Shown here: positions 55,828-64,000 of the stretch, piece by piece
How positions within the stretch are numbered: position 1 is the first letter of the stretch
Layout of the letters: every line of letters begins with the position of its first letter
Made by a program: the position numbers and the translations under genes
DNA from: Deltaproteobacteria bacterium
Lineage (GTDB): Bacteria; Desulfobacterota; Dissulfuribacteria; Dissulfuribacterales; QOAL01
Assembly: GCA_015493475.1 (NCBI GenBank)
Contig: WGDC01000026.1
Coordinates: forward strand, 19,116-83,115
Direction of reading: 5' to 3'
DNA: 64,000 bases
Notes under the pieces: model-generated
The model's input: the letters and a program-made list of their open reading frames with translations, nothing else
The model's database searches: none
What the model was told of the DNA's origin: nothing

Positions 55828-57072
55828 ATGAAACGATACCTGATCTATGCAGTTGTCCTCCTTTTTCTTGTTGTGATAGTCACGGCGGTTATTACAAGGG
55901 CCAGGAGAGGAAACAGGGCAGAAAATTTCAGGGAATTTCGTGTGAAGAGGGGCCAGGTAAGCGAAATCATAAACGCTACGGGAGAGATAAGGCCTGCTAC
56001 GGGAGCAGAAATCAGCCTCGGAGCGCGGGTAACAGGAACGGTAGTGAAAGAGCCGATAAGCGTGGGAGACCACGTAAGAAAGGGGGACCTTATAGCAATC
56101 ATAGACAACAGAGAGCTCAGGCAGGACGTTGAAAAGGCAGAGGCCGAGCTGGCAAGGATCAAGGTTCATTACGTTAACCGTATCAAGGAAAAGCAACAGG
56201 AGGTCAGGGAACTTGCAAATGGGCGTGAAAGTTCCATCCTCGAGATGAAAAAGGCAGAGGCCGAGCTGTCCTTCAGGAGGTGGAACTTTAACAGTTTGAA
56301 ACGCCTGTTTGAAAGTGAGAATCATAGCGTTTCCGAAAGATCCTTCAGACAGGCCAAAAACGACCTAGTCAAGGCGGCTGAGGGACTCAAACAGGCGAGA
56401 AACAACCTTGATTCCTCAAAGGCTGCCCTTCTTGAGGCAAAAACTGCCCTTGAAAGGCTCAAGGGAGAGTTTAAACAGGAACTCGTTAAGGCCAAGGCCG
56501 ATCTGAAAAAATCTAGGATCAGGCTATCCTATTCAGAACTCAGAGCACCCTTTTCAGGTGTAATCACCTACGTTTCCACCCAGGAGGGGGAGACGGTTGT
56601 TGCAGGCCTTAATGCCCCGCAATTCGTAAAGATACTTGACGAGTCAAGGGTGGAGAACTGGATATACGTGGACGAGACCGATATCGGGCGTATTAGGCCT
56701 GCCATGAAAGTCTCCTTCAACGTTGACGCCTACCCGGATGCGACCTTCAGAGGGAAGATCGATAAGATATACCCGGCCCCTGTCATCCAGAATAACGTGG
56801 TCTATTACATTGCCGTGGTGAAGATACTTCATGGCAGTGAAAGGCTTCATCTCAAGATGACCACCCACAATTCAATTCACGCCAGAACCATAAAAGATAC
56901 CCTGATAGTACCCAATGCCGCAGTGAAATTTTTAGATGGCCATTACGTGGTCAGGATCAAAGGGGCCAGGGGTAGGGGCTTTGTAAGGGTTACTACTGGT
57001 ATAAGTGACCCTAATTTCACGCAGATCAAAGGTGGCCTGAAGGAAGGCGATATCGTCCTATACAGACCGTGA
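55828..57072 (+). CDS. efflux periplasmic adaptor (HlyD/MacA-like)
   Basis: N-terminal TM anchor, long coiled-coil hairpin, lipoyl/beta-barrel motifs. Confidence 0.88.
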   Translation: MKRYLIYAVVLLFLVVIVTAVITRARRGNRAENFREFRVKRGQVSEIINATGEIRPATGAEISLGARVTGTVVKEPISVGDHVRKGDLIAIIDNRELRQDVEKAEAELARIKVHYVNRIKEKQQEVRELANGRESSILEMKKAEAELSFRRWNFNSLKRLFESENHSVSERSFRQAKNDLVKAAEGLKQARNNLDSSKAALLEAKTALERLKGEFKQELVKAKADLKKSRIRLSYSELRAPFSGVITYVSTQEGETVVAGLNAPQFVKILDESRVENWIYVDETDIGRIRPAMKVSFNVDAYPDATFRGKIDKIYPAPVIQNNVVYYIAVVKILHGSERLHLKMTTHNSIHARTIKDTLIVPNAAVKFLDGHYVVRIKGARGRGFVRVTTGISDPNFTQIKGGLKEGDIVLYRP

Positions 57073-57094
57073 TGAGGTTTGCCTGATATCCGCC

Positions 57095-57763
57095 ATGGCT
57101 ATCATAGAACTCAAGGAAATCAGAAAGGTCTATCACCAGGGCGACCTGCGCGTGGAGGTGCTGAAGGGAGTGACCCTAGAGGTTGAGAAGGGGGACTTCA
57201 TAGCCATCATGGGCGCAAGCGGCAGCGGCAAGTCTACGTTGCTCTACATAATCGGGTGCCTGGAAAGCCCTACTTCCGGTTCATACAGTCTCGGGGGGGT
57301 AGAGGTATCTTCCCTCGACGACGATGATCTTTCCAGGATCAGAAACGAGAGACTAGGATTCATCTTCCAGTCCTTTTACCTGATACCCTATCTTACAGTC
57401 ATGGAAAACGTACTCGTTCCCACTATATATTCCGCACGCCGCGCAGACTTCAAGTCCAGGGCAAGGGAATTGCTTGGTAGGGTAGGACTTTCAGATAGAT
57501 TTTCCTTTTTGCCCTCGGAGCTTTCAGGTGGCCAGAAACAGAGGACAGCCATTGTAAGGAGCCTGATAAACGATCCAGACATTGTGCTTGCAGATGAACC
57601 CACCGGCCAGCTCGACTCGAGCAGCTCGGCCCAGGTAATGGATATACTTAAGGGCCTGAACAATCAGGGCAAGACAGTGGTTCTAGTAACCCATGATGAT
57701 GCAACGGCTTCCTATGCAAAAAAAAGGGTGGTCATGAAAGATGGACTTATCCATCCTGCTTAA
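57095..57763 (+). CDS. ABC transporter ATP-binding protein (MacB/LolD-type)
   Basis: Walker A GASGSGKST. Signature LSGGQKQR. Walker B IVLADEPTGQLD. Confidence 0.93.
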   Translation: MAIIELKEIRKVYHQGDLRVEVLKGVTLEVEKGDFIAIMGASGSGKSTLLYIIGCLESPTSGSYSLGGVEVSSLDDDDLSRIRNERLGFIFQSFYLIPYLTVMENVLVPTIYSARRADFKSRARELLGRVGLSDRFSFLPSELSGGQKQRTAIVRSLINDPDIVLADEPTGQLDSSSSAQVMDILKGLNNQGKTVVLVTHDDATASYAKKRVVMKDGLIHPA

Positions 57764-58952
57764 AGGCCTATTTATTGGCTCGGTCTTGAAGGCCCTTCGA
57801 CAGGGCCTAATAAGGACGGTTTTTGCAGTTTGTGCCGTGGCCTTTGGCATTTCCTCCATAGTATTCATAATTGCCGCCATAGAGGGAAGCAATCTTCAGG
57901 CGCGGAACATAATAAAGCTTCTCGGTCCGAACAGCATTTTCGTAAGGTCAGGCTTCGGGGGTAAAAACAGTGTACGCAGGCTCACGTACAGGCTTGATAT
58001 TGATGATTTCAGGCTTCTAAATAAGGTGGTAGGAGTAAGGGCTGGGGCCTACATGCTGCTCAAAAGGGTGGATATTGCCACTATGGGCAACAACGTAAAG
58101 GCATACGTCGTGGCCGCCATGAAGGATTTTCTTCCGGTCTTTGACTACAAGATATCCTGTGGAAGGCCTTTTCTCCCGCGGGAATACAGGTACGCGCCCA
58201 AGGTTTGCATCATAGGAACCGAGCTTGCTGAAGAACTTTTTGGCAGGCAAAATCCCATCGGAAAGCATATCGAGATATCTAAGACCAGCTTCGTGGTTGT
58301 CGGGATGTTTGCGAAAAAGGGAAAGCTGCCAAGTGGCAGAAGCCTTGACAACAGGGCCATATTACCCATAGGTTCCTACAGAAAGTTCGTTGAGCCTGAA
58401 TACAAACGCTTTTTTGCAATAAAGTTGAAACTTGAGCCGCAGGTTCCCTACAAGCTTATTGTAAAACAGGTGAAAAAGGCGCTTCTTCTTCGCCATTCAC
58501 CAGAGGACTTCGTGGTAATAACCCCGGAAACCATAAGGAAGTTCCTGAATATCTTCAATCTCACCCTCTCCATCTACCTATGTCTGGTAAGTGTAACGGC
58601 CCTTTTTATAAGCGGTTTCGTCATGTCTAACATCTTTTCCATAAATGTTAAGGTACGCGCATGGGAAATAGGCATAAGGCGTGCCCTTGGCGCCTCAAGC
58701 ATTCACATCCTTGTCCAGTTTCTTGCAGAGGCTGTCATCATCTCCATTATCGGTGGTGCAGCGGGAAGCATTCTCGGCCTGGCCGCCATAAGATTTCTTA
58801 TGCCGCTTCTCGGTATTCCAAGAGTCTACCCCGTCGCATCATACGCAGCTGCCGTCTTTTTCTCAATTGCAACAGGGCTTTTGTCTGCCGTATTGCCTGC
58901 AAGGAAGGCTGCTCGCTGGCAGCCTGTACGGGCTCTGAGGTCGAGGCTGTGA
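57741..58952 (+). CDS. ABC transporter permease (MacB/FtsX-like)
   Basis: N-terminal TM, large periplasmic domain and a C-terminal 3-TM FtsX domain. Overlaps the ATPase gene by 23 nt. Confidence 0.88.
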   Translation: MDLSILLKGLFIGSVLKALRQGLIRTVFAVCAVAFGISSIVFIIAAIEGSNLQARNIIKLLGPNSIFVRSGFGGKNSVRRLTYRLDIDDFRLLNKVVGVRAGAYMLLKRVDIATMGNNVKAYVVAAMKDFLPVFDYKISCGRPFLPREYRYAPKVCIIGTELAEELFGRQNPIGKHIEISKTSFVVVGMFAKKGKLPSGRSLDNRAILPIGSYRKFVEPEYKRFFAIKLKLEPQVPYKLIVKQVKKALLLRHSPEDFVVITPETIRKFLNIFNLTLSIYLCLVSVTALFISGFVMSNIFSINVKVRAWEIGIRRALGASSIHILVQFLAEAVIISIIGGAAGSILGLAAIRFLMPLLGIPRVYPVASYAAAVFFSIATGLLSAVLPARKAARWQPVRALRSRL

Positions 58953-60157
58953 TCCTTTCCATAACGGAACTCTTTGCATACCTGAAGCAGGACAGGCGTC
59001 GGACCATTATTGCCCTTCTTGGCATAGCAATGGGGACGACTTCCCTGGTGCTGATGGACACCATAAGCGGAGGCATGAGAAAAAAAGTGGAGATGGAGCT
59101 TGGTAGGCTTGGTGCTCTTCTTGTAATGGTAGTGCCTGGGGAGGTGAGGGCGATTGGACAAAGAAGGGTGCAGTTTTCCAGATACACCACGCTGAAACCG
59201 GCGGACGTGAGAAAGATAAGAACCATGATTCCATTTGTAAGGGAGGCAAGCGGGCTGAAGAAAAAGGCGGTCTCTGTTAAGGACGTGGTCAACGAATCGA
59301 GCCTCGTAGTAACCGGAGTAGAACCTTGCTACTTCAGGCTCCTTGATTACAAAGTCGACAGCGGCACGGTCTTTACCAAGCGAGCAATGGACAGGAAGAG
59401 AAAGGTGGTAGTACTCGGGGCCAAAGCCGCTGCCGATTTTTTTGAGAGCCCTTTTGACGCCATAGGAAAGAGCCTTGAGCTCGGTGGAACCCCGTTCAGG
59501 GTTATCGGAGTGCTTGCAAAGAGGGGCAGCTTCAGCAACGAGGATTTTGATGAAACACTCTTTATACCTCTTGCCACCGAGATGACCATTTTGGAAAACG
59601 TAGACTTTCTGGACGGGGCGGTGGTCCAGGTCAGCTCACGGAATGAGCTTGCACCCGCCATTAGTGACGTGGAGGGACTCCTTGAAAAAAGACACGGGAG
59701 AAAGGACTTTACCCTCAATACCTACCAGGAGGTCCAGGGGACCGCCGCCAAAACCCTCCATCTTTTTTCCCTGTTGAGTAGGATAGTGGCCTTTGTGGCC
59801 TTTTGCGTTGGCACCCTCGGGATTCTTGCTATCATGGCCCTATCCATTTATGAAAGACTCCTCGAGATTGCAGTTAAGAGAGTTGCAGGGGCAAAGAAAA
59901 GGGACATATTTCTCCAGTTGTTAACGGAGTCGATGTTCCTGAGCCTTGCCGGTTCTTCAGCAGGCGTGGTTTTTTCCGTAACAGTAGGACTATTTGTGCA
60001 GTTTTTGGCCTCCTGGCCATTGTTTCTTCCCATTAGGACCATCCTCGTATCAATGGTGCTTTCTATAGTGACAGGAATAAGCGCGGGCATCTATCCGGCA
60101 ATAAAGGCCCTCGAATTTGAGCCAAGATACATTCTGAGGCTCTTTGAGGAACTGTGA
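58949..60157 (+). CDS. ABC transporter permease (MacB/FtsX-like), second copy
   Basis: Same architecture as the first permease. GTG start overlaps the upstream stop (GTGA). The track N-terminus (58661..58948) is an out-of-frame read-through of the previous gene. Confidence 0.85.
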   Translation: MILSITELFAYLKQDRRRTIIALLGIAMGTTSLVLMDTISGGMRKKVEMELGRLGALLVMVVPGEVRAIGQRRVQFSRYTTLKPADVRKIRTMIPFVREASGLKKKAVSVKDVVNESSLVVTGVEPCYFRLLDYKVDSGTVFTKRAMDRKRKVVVLGAKAAADFFESPFDAIGKSLELGGTPFRVIGVLAKRGSFSNEDFDETLFIPLATEMTILENVDFLDGAVVQVSSRNELAPAISDVEGLLEKRHGRKDFTLNTYQEVQGTAAKTLHLFSLLSRIVAFVAFCVGTLGILAIMALSIYERLLEIAVKRVAGAKKRDIFLQLLTESMFLSLAGSSAGVVFSVTVGLFVQFLASWPLFLPIRTILVSMVLSIVTGISAGIYPAIKALEFEPRYILRLFEEL

Positions 60158-60303
60158 GACTCGAGGCAGATTGCTCCTTTTGTCAAACATCCGGATGCCC
60201 CCTTGTGAAGATTTCTTATTCCCCCTGTTAAGCGGCCTCTTTTCAAACATGGCCGTGTTTTCCTTGAAACAGTAATATATTTTGGCAATTCTTACGCGAT
60301 TAT

Positions 60304-62388
60304 CTATTCAAGTTTAGAGGGAAGGTTGAATTTTCTGCCGCGAAAGACGTGTCTAAGGCCCTTCCACGAAGCAGGAAGCCTGATTCGTCTTTTCTTTTTA
60401 CCCGGGGAAAACCGCATGTCGAGTATCCAAGTGGCAATTCCCGCTTCCAACAACTTGCTGCCATTATCAAGAAACGAAAAAGGGATTTCTGGATAAAGAC
60501 AGCCCAGATCCTTTTCTCGTTTCCAGTAAAAGGATTCTCCCTTGGGGCTTCTTACACGATCCCTTGATGTATAAGTCCTGTGAAGCAGCCTGGTTGTGAA
60601 AAGAGGTATGAACCCATAGACCGTGGCCGATGCCTCGTTGCCAAACCTTGACATGGCCATTTTCAGGTTTCCCAGGTCCGTTTCGATACTGAACTGCGGC
60701 CTTGTTACACCAAGATCCTTCAGCAGGAGCATGGCCTCGGAATTGAGCGGATTGAGTTCATAAGAGGATGTAATCATCGCACCCTTAAGTGGAAGCATGG
60801 TATGCCATAAATTGGTGATCTGAAATTTGGCAAAGCCCTGCTTCCTCGCCTCCCTGACTAGCCCTTTCATTCTATGAACCTCCTTCTCCCATGCCACAGG
60901 GGGAAGGTGCCAGGTTATCCTTTTCCTAAGGGGCTGGTTCAGACCAAGCCTCGATGCTGCGCCGAGGTTCTTGCGGGAAAGGGGAATGAGAAATTCATCA
61001 ACACACCTGTACCTATCCATGCCCTTGACTTCCTTCATATCCCGCAGAAAAACGACTACCTCCGGGGTAGAGCGTTTCCCGATAGGATGCCGTCTCGTGT
61101 GCCCCGCCTTTTGAGAAAGCCTCCTTACGGATCGGGCCGCTTTTTGAAGCGCCGTTCTGTTTCTGAACCTTTCAAGCTTTTCACCCGCCCACCTGGTTTT
61201 TTCGTATCCGCCCGAATCGGACTTAAATACCATTGCCCCCTTTAGATCATGCATAGTGCCCCGGGAACCGAGATCCCCAGCAAATTTTATCCTTCCATCG
61301 TCTGAAACAGACTTCACTGATACGGAGAATTGCCTGTCATCCTTCTTTCTGACAATACGCAACCTATCCCCGGACGACAGAGTTTTTGACGACGATACTA
61401 TAACCTCGTCTTCTATTACCGAGGCGATTTTCCCTATGAAGGTCCCAGTGTTTGCAGTTCTTGTGGGGCAGACTATGTCTTTTGGGTTAGAACTAAGGAA
61501 AAAACCCCTCGATAGTGGACGTCCCATTGCCTCCTGAAGCATCTTCCTGCTTCGGTCAATGGTTGCGGCAAGCTCCTTCTTGCCGGCGTCAAGAACAGCC
61601 CGGTAGGCCCTGACCACCCTGTAGACGTAGGACGGTGGCTTAAGACGGCCCTCTATCTTAAGGGAAGAGATACCAAGCCGCCTCAGTTCAGAAACCACTT
61701 CCAATGCGCAAAGATCATCCATGGAAAAAAAGGTTCCCTTGTAACCATGCCAAGTGTACGTACGCCTGCAAGGCTGTACGCACTTTCCCCTGGTGCTTGA
61801 TTTCCCTCCGAAGTAGCTGCTGAATCTGCAAAGTCCAGATATTGAAAAACACATGGCCCCATGCACAAAAACCTCTATTTCCACGGAGGCCCTCCTGTTA
61901 ATCAGTGCGATTTCGGACAGTGTGAGCTCCCTCGCTATCACCACCCGCGAAAAACCGAGTTTCCTGCACGCCTCGACACCAAGGCTATTGTGAATGGTTA
62001 ACAGGGTGCTTGCATGAAGCCGAAGGGAGGGGAAATGCCTTTTAGCCATGCGGAGGATGCCGAGGTCCTGGATTATGAGAGCATCAACGCCAATGGTGTC
62101 GATCTCGGAAAGGAGCTCCATGCAGAGGGGAATCTCTTCCTCTTTCATGAGAGAGTTCAGGGCAACGAACAGTTTAATGCCTTTTTTATGCGCGGTAACT
62201 GTAAGGTCGGCGATCTCCTGCATTGAAAAATTTTTTCCATAGGCCCTGGCATTCAGTACCCTGGGACTGACATAAACGGCGTCTGCACCGCCTTCAATGG
62301 CTGCGAAAAAGGCGTCCTTGGTTCCGGCCGGTGCAAGAAGCTCTGGTATGCCGAAAGTAGCATCTGACCTTTTCCGGATACTTTTCAT
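60304..62388 (-). CDS. peptidase U32-family protein (long RlhA/YdcP-like form) with Fe-S Cys motif
   Basis: PELLAPAGT N-terminus and a TIM-barrel-like U32 core. Cys motif CFSISGLC-x15-CVQPC (C-x6-C-x15-C-x3-C). 694 aa. Confidence 0.85.
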   Translation of the reverse strand: MKSIRKRSDATFGIPELLAPAGTKDAFFAAIEGGADAVYVSPRVLNARAYGKNFSMQEIADLTVTAHKKGIKLFVALNSLMKEEEIPLCMELLSEIDTIGVDALIIQDLGILRMAKRHFPSLRLHASTLLTIHNSLGVEACRKLGFSRVVIARELTLSEIALINRRASVEIEVFVHGAMCFSISGLCRFSSYFGGKSSTRGKCVQPCRRTYTWHGYKGTFFSMDDLCALEVVSELRRLGISSLKIEGRLKPPSYVYRVVRAYRAVLDAGKKELAATIDRSRKMLQEAMGRPLSRGFFLSSNPKDIVCPTRTANTGTFIGKIASVIEDEVIVSSSKTLSSGDRLRIVRKKDDRQFSVSVKSVSDDGRIKFAGDLGSRGTMHDLKGAMVFKSDSGGYEKTRWAGEKLERFRNRTALQKAARSVRRLSQKAGHTRRHPIGKRSTPEVVVFLRDMKEVKGMDRYRCVDEFLIPLSRKNLGAASRLGLNQPLRKRITWHLPPVAWEKEVHRMKGLVREARKQGFAKFQITNLWHTMLPLKGAMITSSYELNPLNSEAMLLLKDLGVTRPQFSIETDLGNLKMAMSRFGNEASATVYGFIPLFTTRLLHRTYTSRDRVRSPKGESFYWKREKDLGCLYPEIPFSFLDNGSKLLEAGIATWILDMRFSPGKKKRRIRLPASWKGLRHVFRGRKFNLPSKLE

Positions 62389-62485
62389 ATAGATGCAGGG
62401 TATGGGTAAAAAAAGCCCCCTGCAACGCCATGGTGAAGGGTTCAGGAGGCTTACTGGAAAAATAGACCCGCGTCTTTAACCGTGG

Positions 62486-63067
62486 CTATTTCTTTGTTTT
62501 ATCCGGATGAAAAGGGGTAATTTTTATTCCTTGGAGGCCAAGACCGGCCATTAATCCCTTTTGGCTGAAGACAAATGCATAGATATCGTCCTTGGCCGTG
62601 GTAGTAGTAAGATTCTTGGCAGTGCCTGCATCTACCACCACTATGCTGGGCCCCACGCCTATTTCCCATCCGTTGGTATTTATAATATACTTGAGCGCCT
62701 TGTCTGTCATGAGAAACAGAGCGTAGCCGTATGCCTGTGCACCGGCCTGGAGCCCGTATGATGCACCAACACTCTTGAAATAGGCCACAGTGTGCCCATT
62801 CACCCTTAGCGCGCCTTCACCATACTGTCCTCCTACTATGAGCCCAGCCTTGTAAATCCTTGGGAAAACGAGAATGCCCTTTGCCATCTTTGCAAGCTGC
62901 CGGGCCTGGGGAGATTCGTGGAGAAGTTCCTGAAGAGCCTTGTCAACATTGTGATCAATTTCCGCGGCAGTAGCCGCTAGTAGTTTGCCAGAGCCTGCCA
63001 AAATAAGAAATAGGCTACAAAGACCCACCATAAATGTTTTCAGGCCATGTTGTTTCTTTCTCATCAT
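62486..63067 (-). CDS. SYLF (Ysc84/DUF500) domain lipid-binding protein, exported
   Basis: Signal peptide. GGQYGEGALRVNG...SVGASYGLQAGAQAYGYALF...GWEIGVGPS pattern. Confidence 0.75.
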   Translation of the reverse strand: MMRKKQHGLKTFMVGLCSLFLILAGSGKLLAATAAEIDHNVDKALQELLHESPQARQLAKMAKGILVFPRIYKAGLIVGGQYGEGALRVNGHTVAYFKSVGASYGLQAGAQAYGYALFLMTDKALKYIINTNGWEIGVGPSIVVVDAGTAKNLTTTTAKDDIYAFVFSQKGLMAGLGLQGIKITPFHPDKTKK

Positions 63068-63111
63068 TTTTTACCTCCGTTTCTATTGTTTAAATTCTTG
63101 CAGGTGCCCGA

Positions 63112-63948
63112 TTACCAGCTATAGGCAAGACCCAGCCCGCCTATCCACTGGTTTGACGAGCCCCTTTTGTCTACAACCGGGCTGTCATCAGCATCGCTGA
63201 CGAGCCGCCTGTATTGAACCCCTGCCGCAACGTGCCAGTTCATGTTAAGATGCATTACGAAGACGGGATTTACCCTAATGTCTTTTACGCCGCTATCGGC
63301 ATCAAAAACGGGCAGCCCCGTTTTTGCAGAGTTGTGCTTGCTGACACCGAAGTAAGTAGACATGTAGTTGTCGCTGGCGTAACAGAGGCCAACCCCAAGA
63401 CCAAAATCAAACATCTTGGAAAGTGGATACCAGGCCCTGGTGCTTGCGGTAATCGTGTACCCGCCATATTCGTTACCAGCATCGGTCAGGAAGTCAACGT
63501 CTGCTATAAAACGTTTTCGCGGATTTTGATGATCTATGAATTCAACGCCTACAAAACCACCAGCCTCCACCGTATCATCTATTTTTTTCATCTTTTTGAC
63601 CACGGAGTCGTCCACGTGATGATCCCTGCCAAAATGATATTTTACAGAGGGGCCAAGCCTGAACCAGGGATGATCTATGAGGTTAATCTGTAATTCATAA
63701 CCCTTTATTAGGAGATACTGCTGATGTCCCTTGAGCTGGAATCTAGCAAATGGCGCCACCCCGAACATGTAGTCGTCTGATCCCTCGTAGTCTGGCACCA
63801 TACCGAGGCCAAGCCCGAATATCCTGGGCATATTGTCTATGGCCAGGTTCATGCTTTCAGCCCTCACTGCGCCTGGCTGAAAAGTGGAAAGGACAGTGAG
63901 AAGGGCCAATGTCACCATAAAAAGAAATTTCAGATGGATTTTTTTCAT
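63112..63948 (-). CDS. MipA/OmpV-family outer-membrane protein
   Basis: Signal peptide, beta-barrel pattern, C-terminal ...GGLGLAYSW. I take the start at the ATG at 63948 (GGAGG 5 nt upstream) rather than the track start at 63960. Confidence 0.85.
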   Translation of the reverse strand: MKKIHLKFLFMVTLALLTVLSTFQPGAVRAESMNLAIDNMPRIFGLGLGMVPDYEGSDDYMFGVAPFARFQLKGHQQYLLIKGYELQINLIDHPWFRLGPSVKYHFGRDHHVDDSVVKKMKKIDDTVEAGGFVGVEFIDHQNPRKRFIADVDFLTDAGNEYGGYTITASTRAWYPLSKMFDFGLGVGLCYASDNYMSTYFGVSKHNSAKTGLPVFDADSGVKDIRVNPVFVMHLNMNWHVAAGVQYRRLVSDADDSPVVDKRGSSNQWIGGLGLAYSW

Positions 63949-64000
63949 TAATACCTCCATTTTGATTGAAGTGAATTTTTTCGACGAAGTGAAGCTATAA

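Noticed and set aside
58661-58948. N-terminal 96 codons of the 498-aa ORF overlapping the first FtsX permease
   Set aside because: It is an out-of-frame overlap of the preceding permease gene, with an Arg/Cys/His-rich nonsense composition. A GTG at 58949 overlaps the upstream stop and yields a protein collinear with its paralogue.
1-64000. CRISPR arrays, insertion sequences, prophage or defence-island genes
   Set aside because: I saw no direct-repeat/spacer arrays, no transposase, integrase or recombinase-like ORFs, and no compositional islands. The window reads as core chromosome with a few accessory respiratory and signalling modules.

Overview
64-kb chromosomal window from a diderm, probably anaerobic bacterium, roughly 50% GC by eye. 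TamAB, TolC, TonB-dependent receptor and MipA genes are present. The phylum cannot be determined by eye. About 50 genes are packed tightly, and most are housekeeping: dnaE, guaA, hemB, uvrC, mutL, miaA, pgsA-like, ispA, dxs, panB and nif3. There are also tRNA-Pro(TGG), tRNA-Met/Ile2(CAT), and an RNase P RNA (rnpB) that the ORF track hides under a false 5' extension of panB. Envelope genes include a TolC-HlyD-YbhFSR-like ABC-2 exporter, TamA/TamB and a NodT-MacA-MacB-like exporter with two FtsX permeases. The most unusual content is as follows. (1) At 350-6811 there is a minus-strand periplasmic redox locus: NapC/NrfH-like tetrahaem, HAO-family octahaem, an outer-membrane beta-barrel, a NapM-like tetrahaem and a Tat-exported NapA-like molybdoenzyme. 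It faces a cupin plus a haem-sensor two-component system across an intergenic region carrying four TGTTAC hexamers. (2) A ClpX paralogue lacks the zinc-binding domain and has a C-terminal extension. It is followed by a pseudo-receiver and is translationally coupled to hemB. (3) A minimal lexA-dnaE2 cassette has no imuA/imuB, a frameshift-split dnaE2, and a perfect GAAC-N4-GTTC SOS box inside an apparently leaderless lexA promoter. (4) A translationally coupled module links a TonB-dependent receptor, a YfiR-like protein and a hybrid histidine kinase. (5) A 550-bp AT-rich spacer carries a sigma54-like promoter and an unannotated 39-aa Cys-rich, highly basic ORF. I saw no CRISPR arrays, transposases, integrases or phage genes. 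Coordinates I derived by hand may be off by 1-2 nt.
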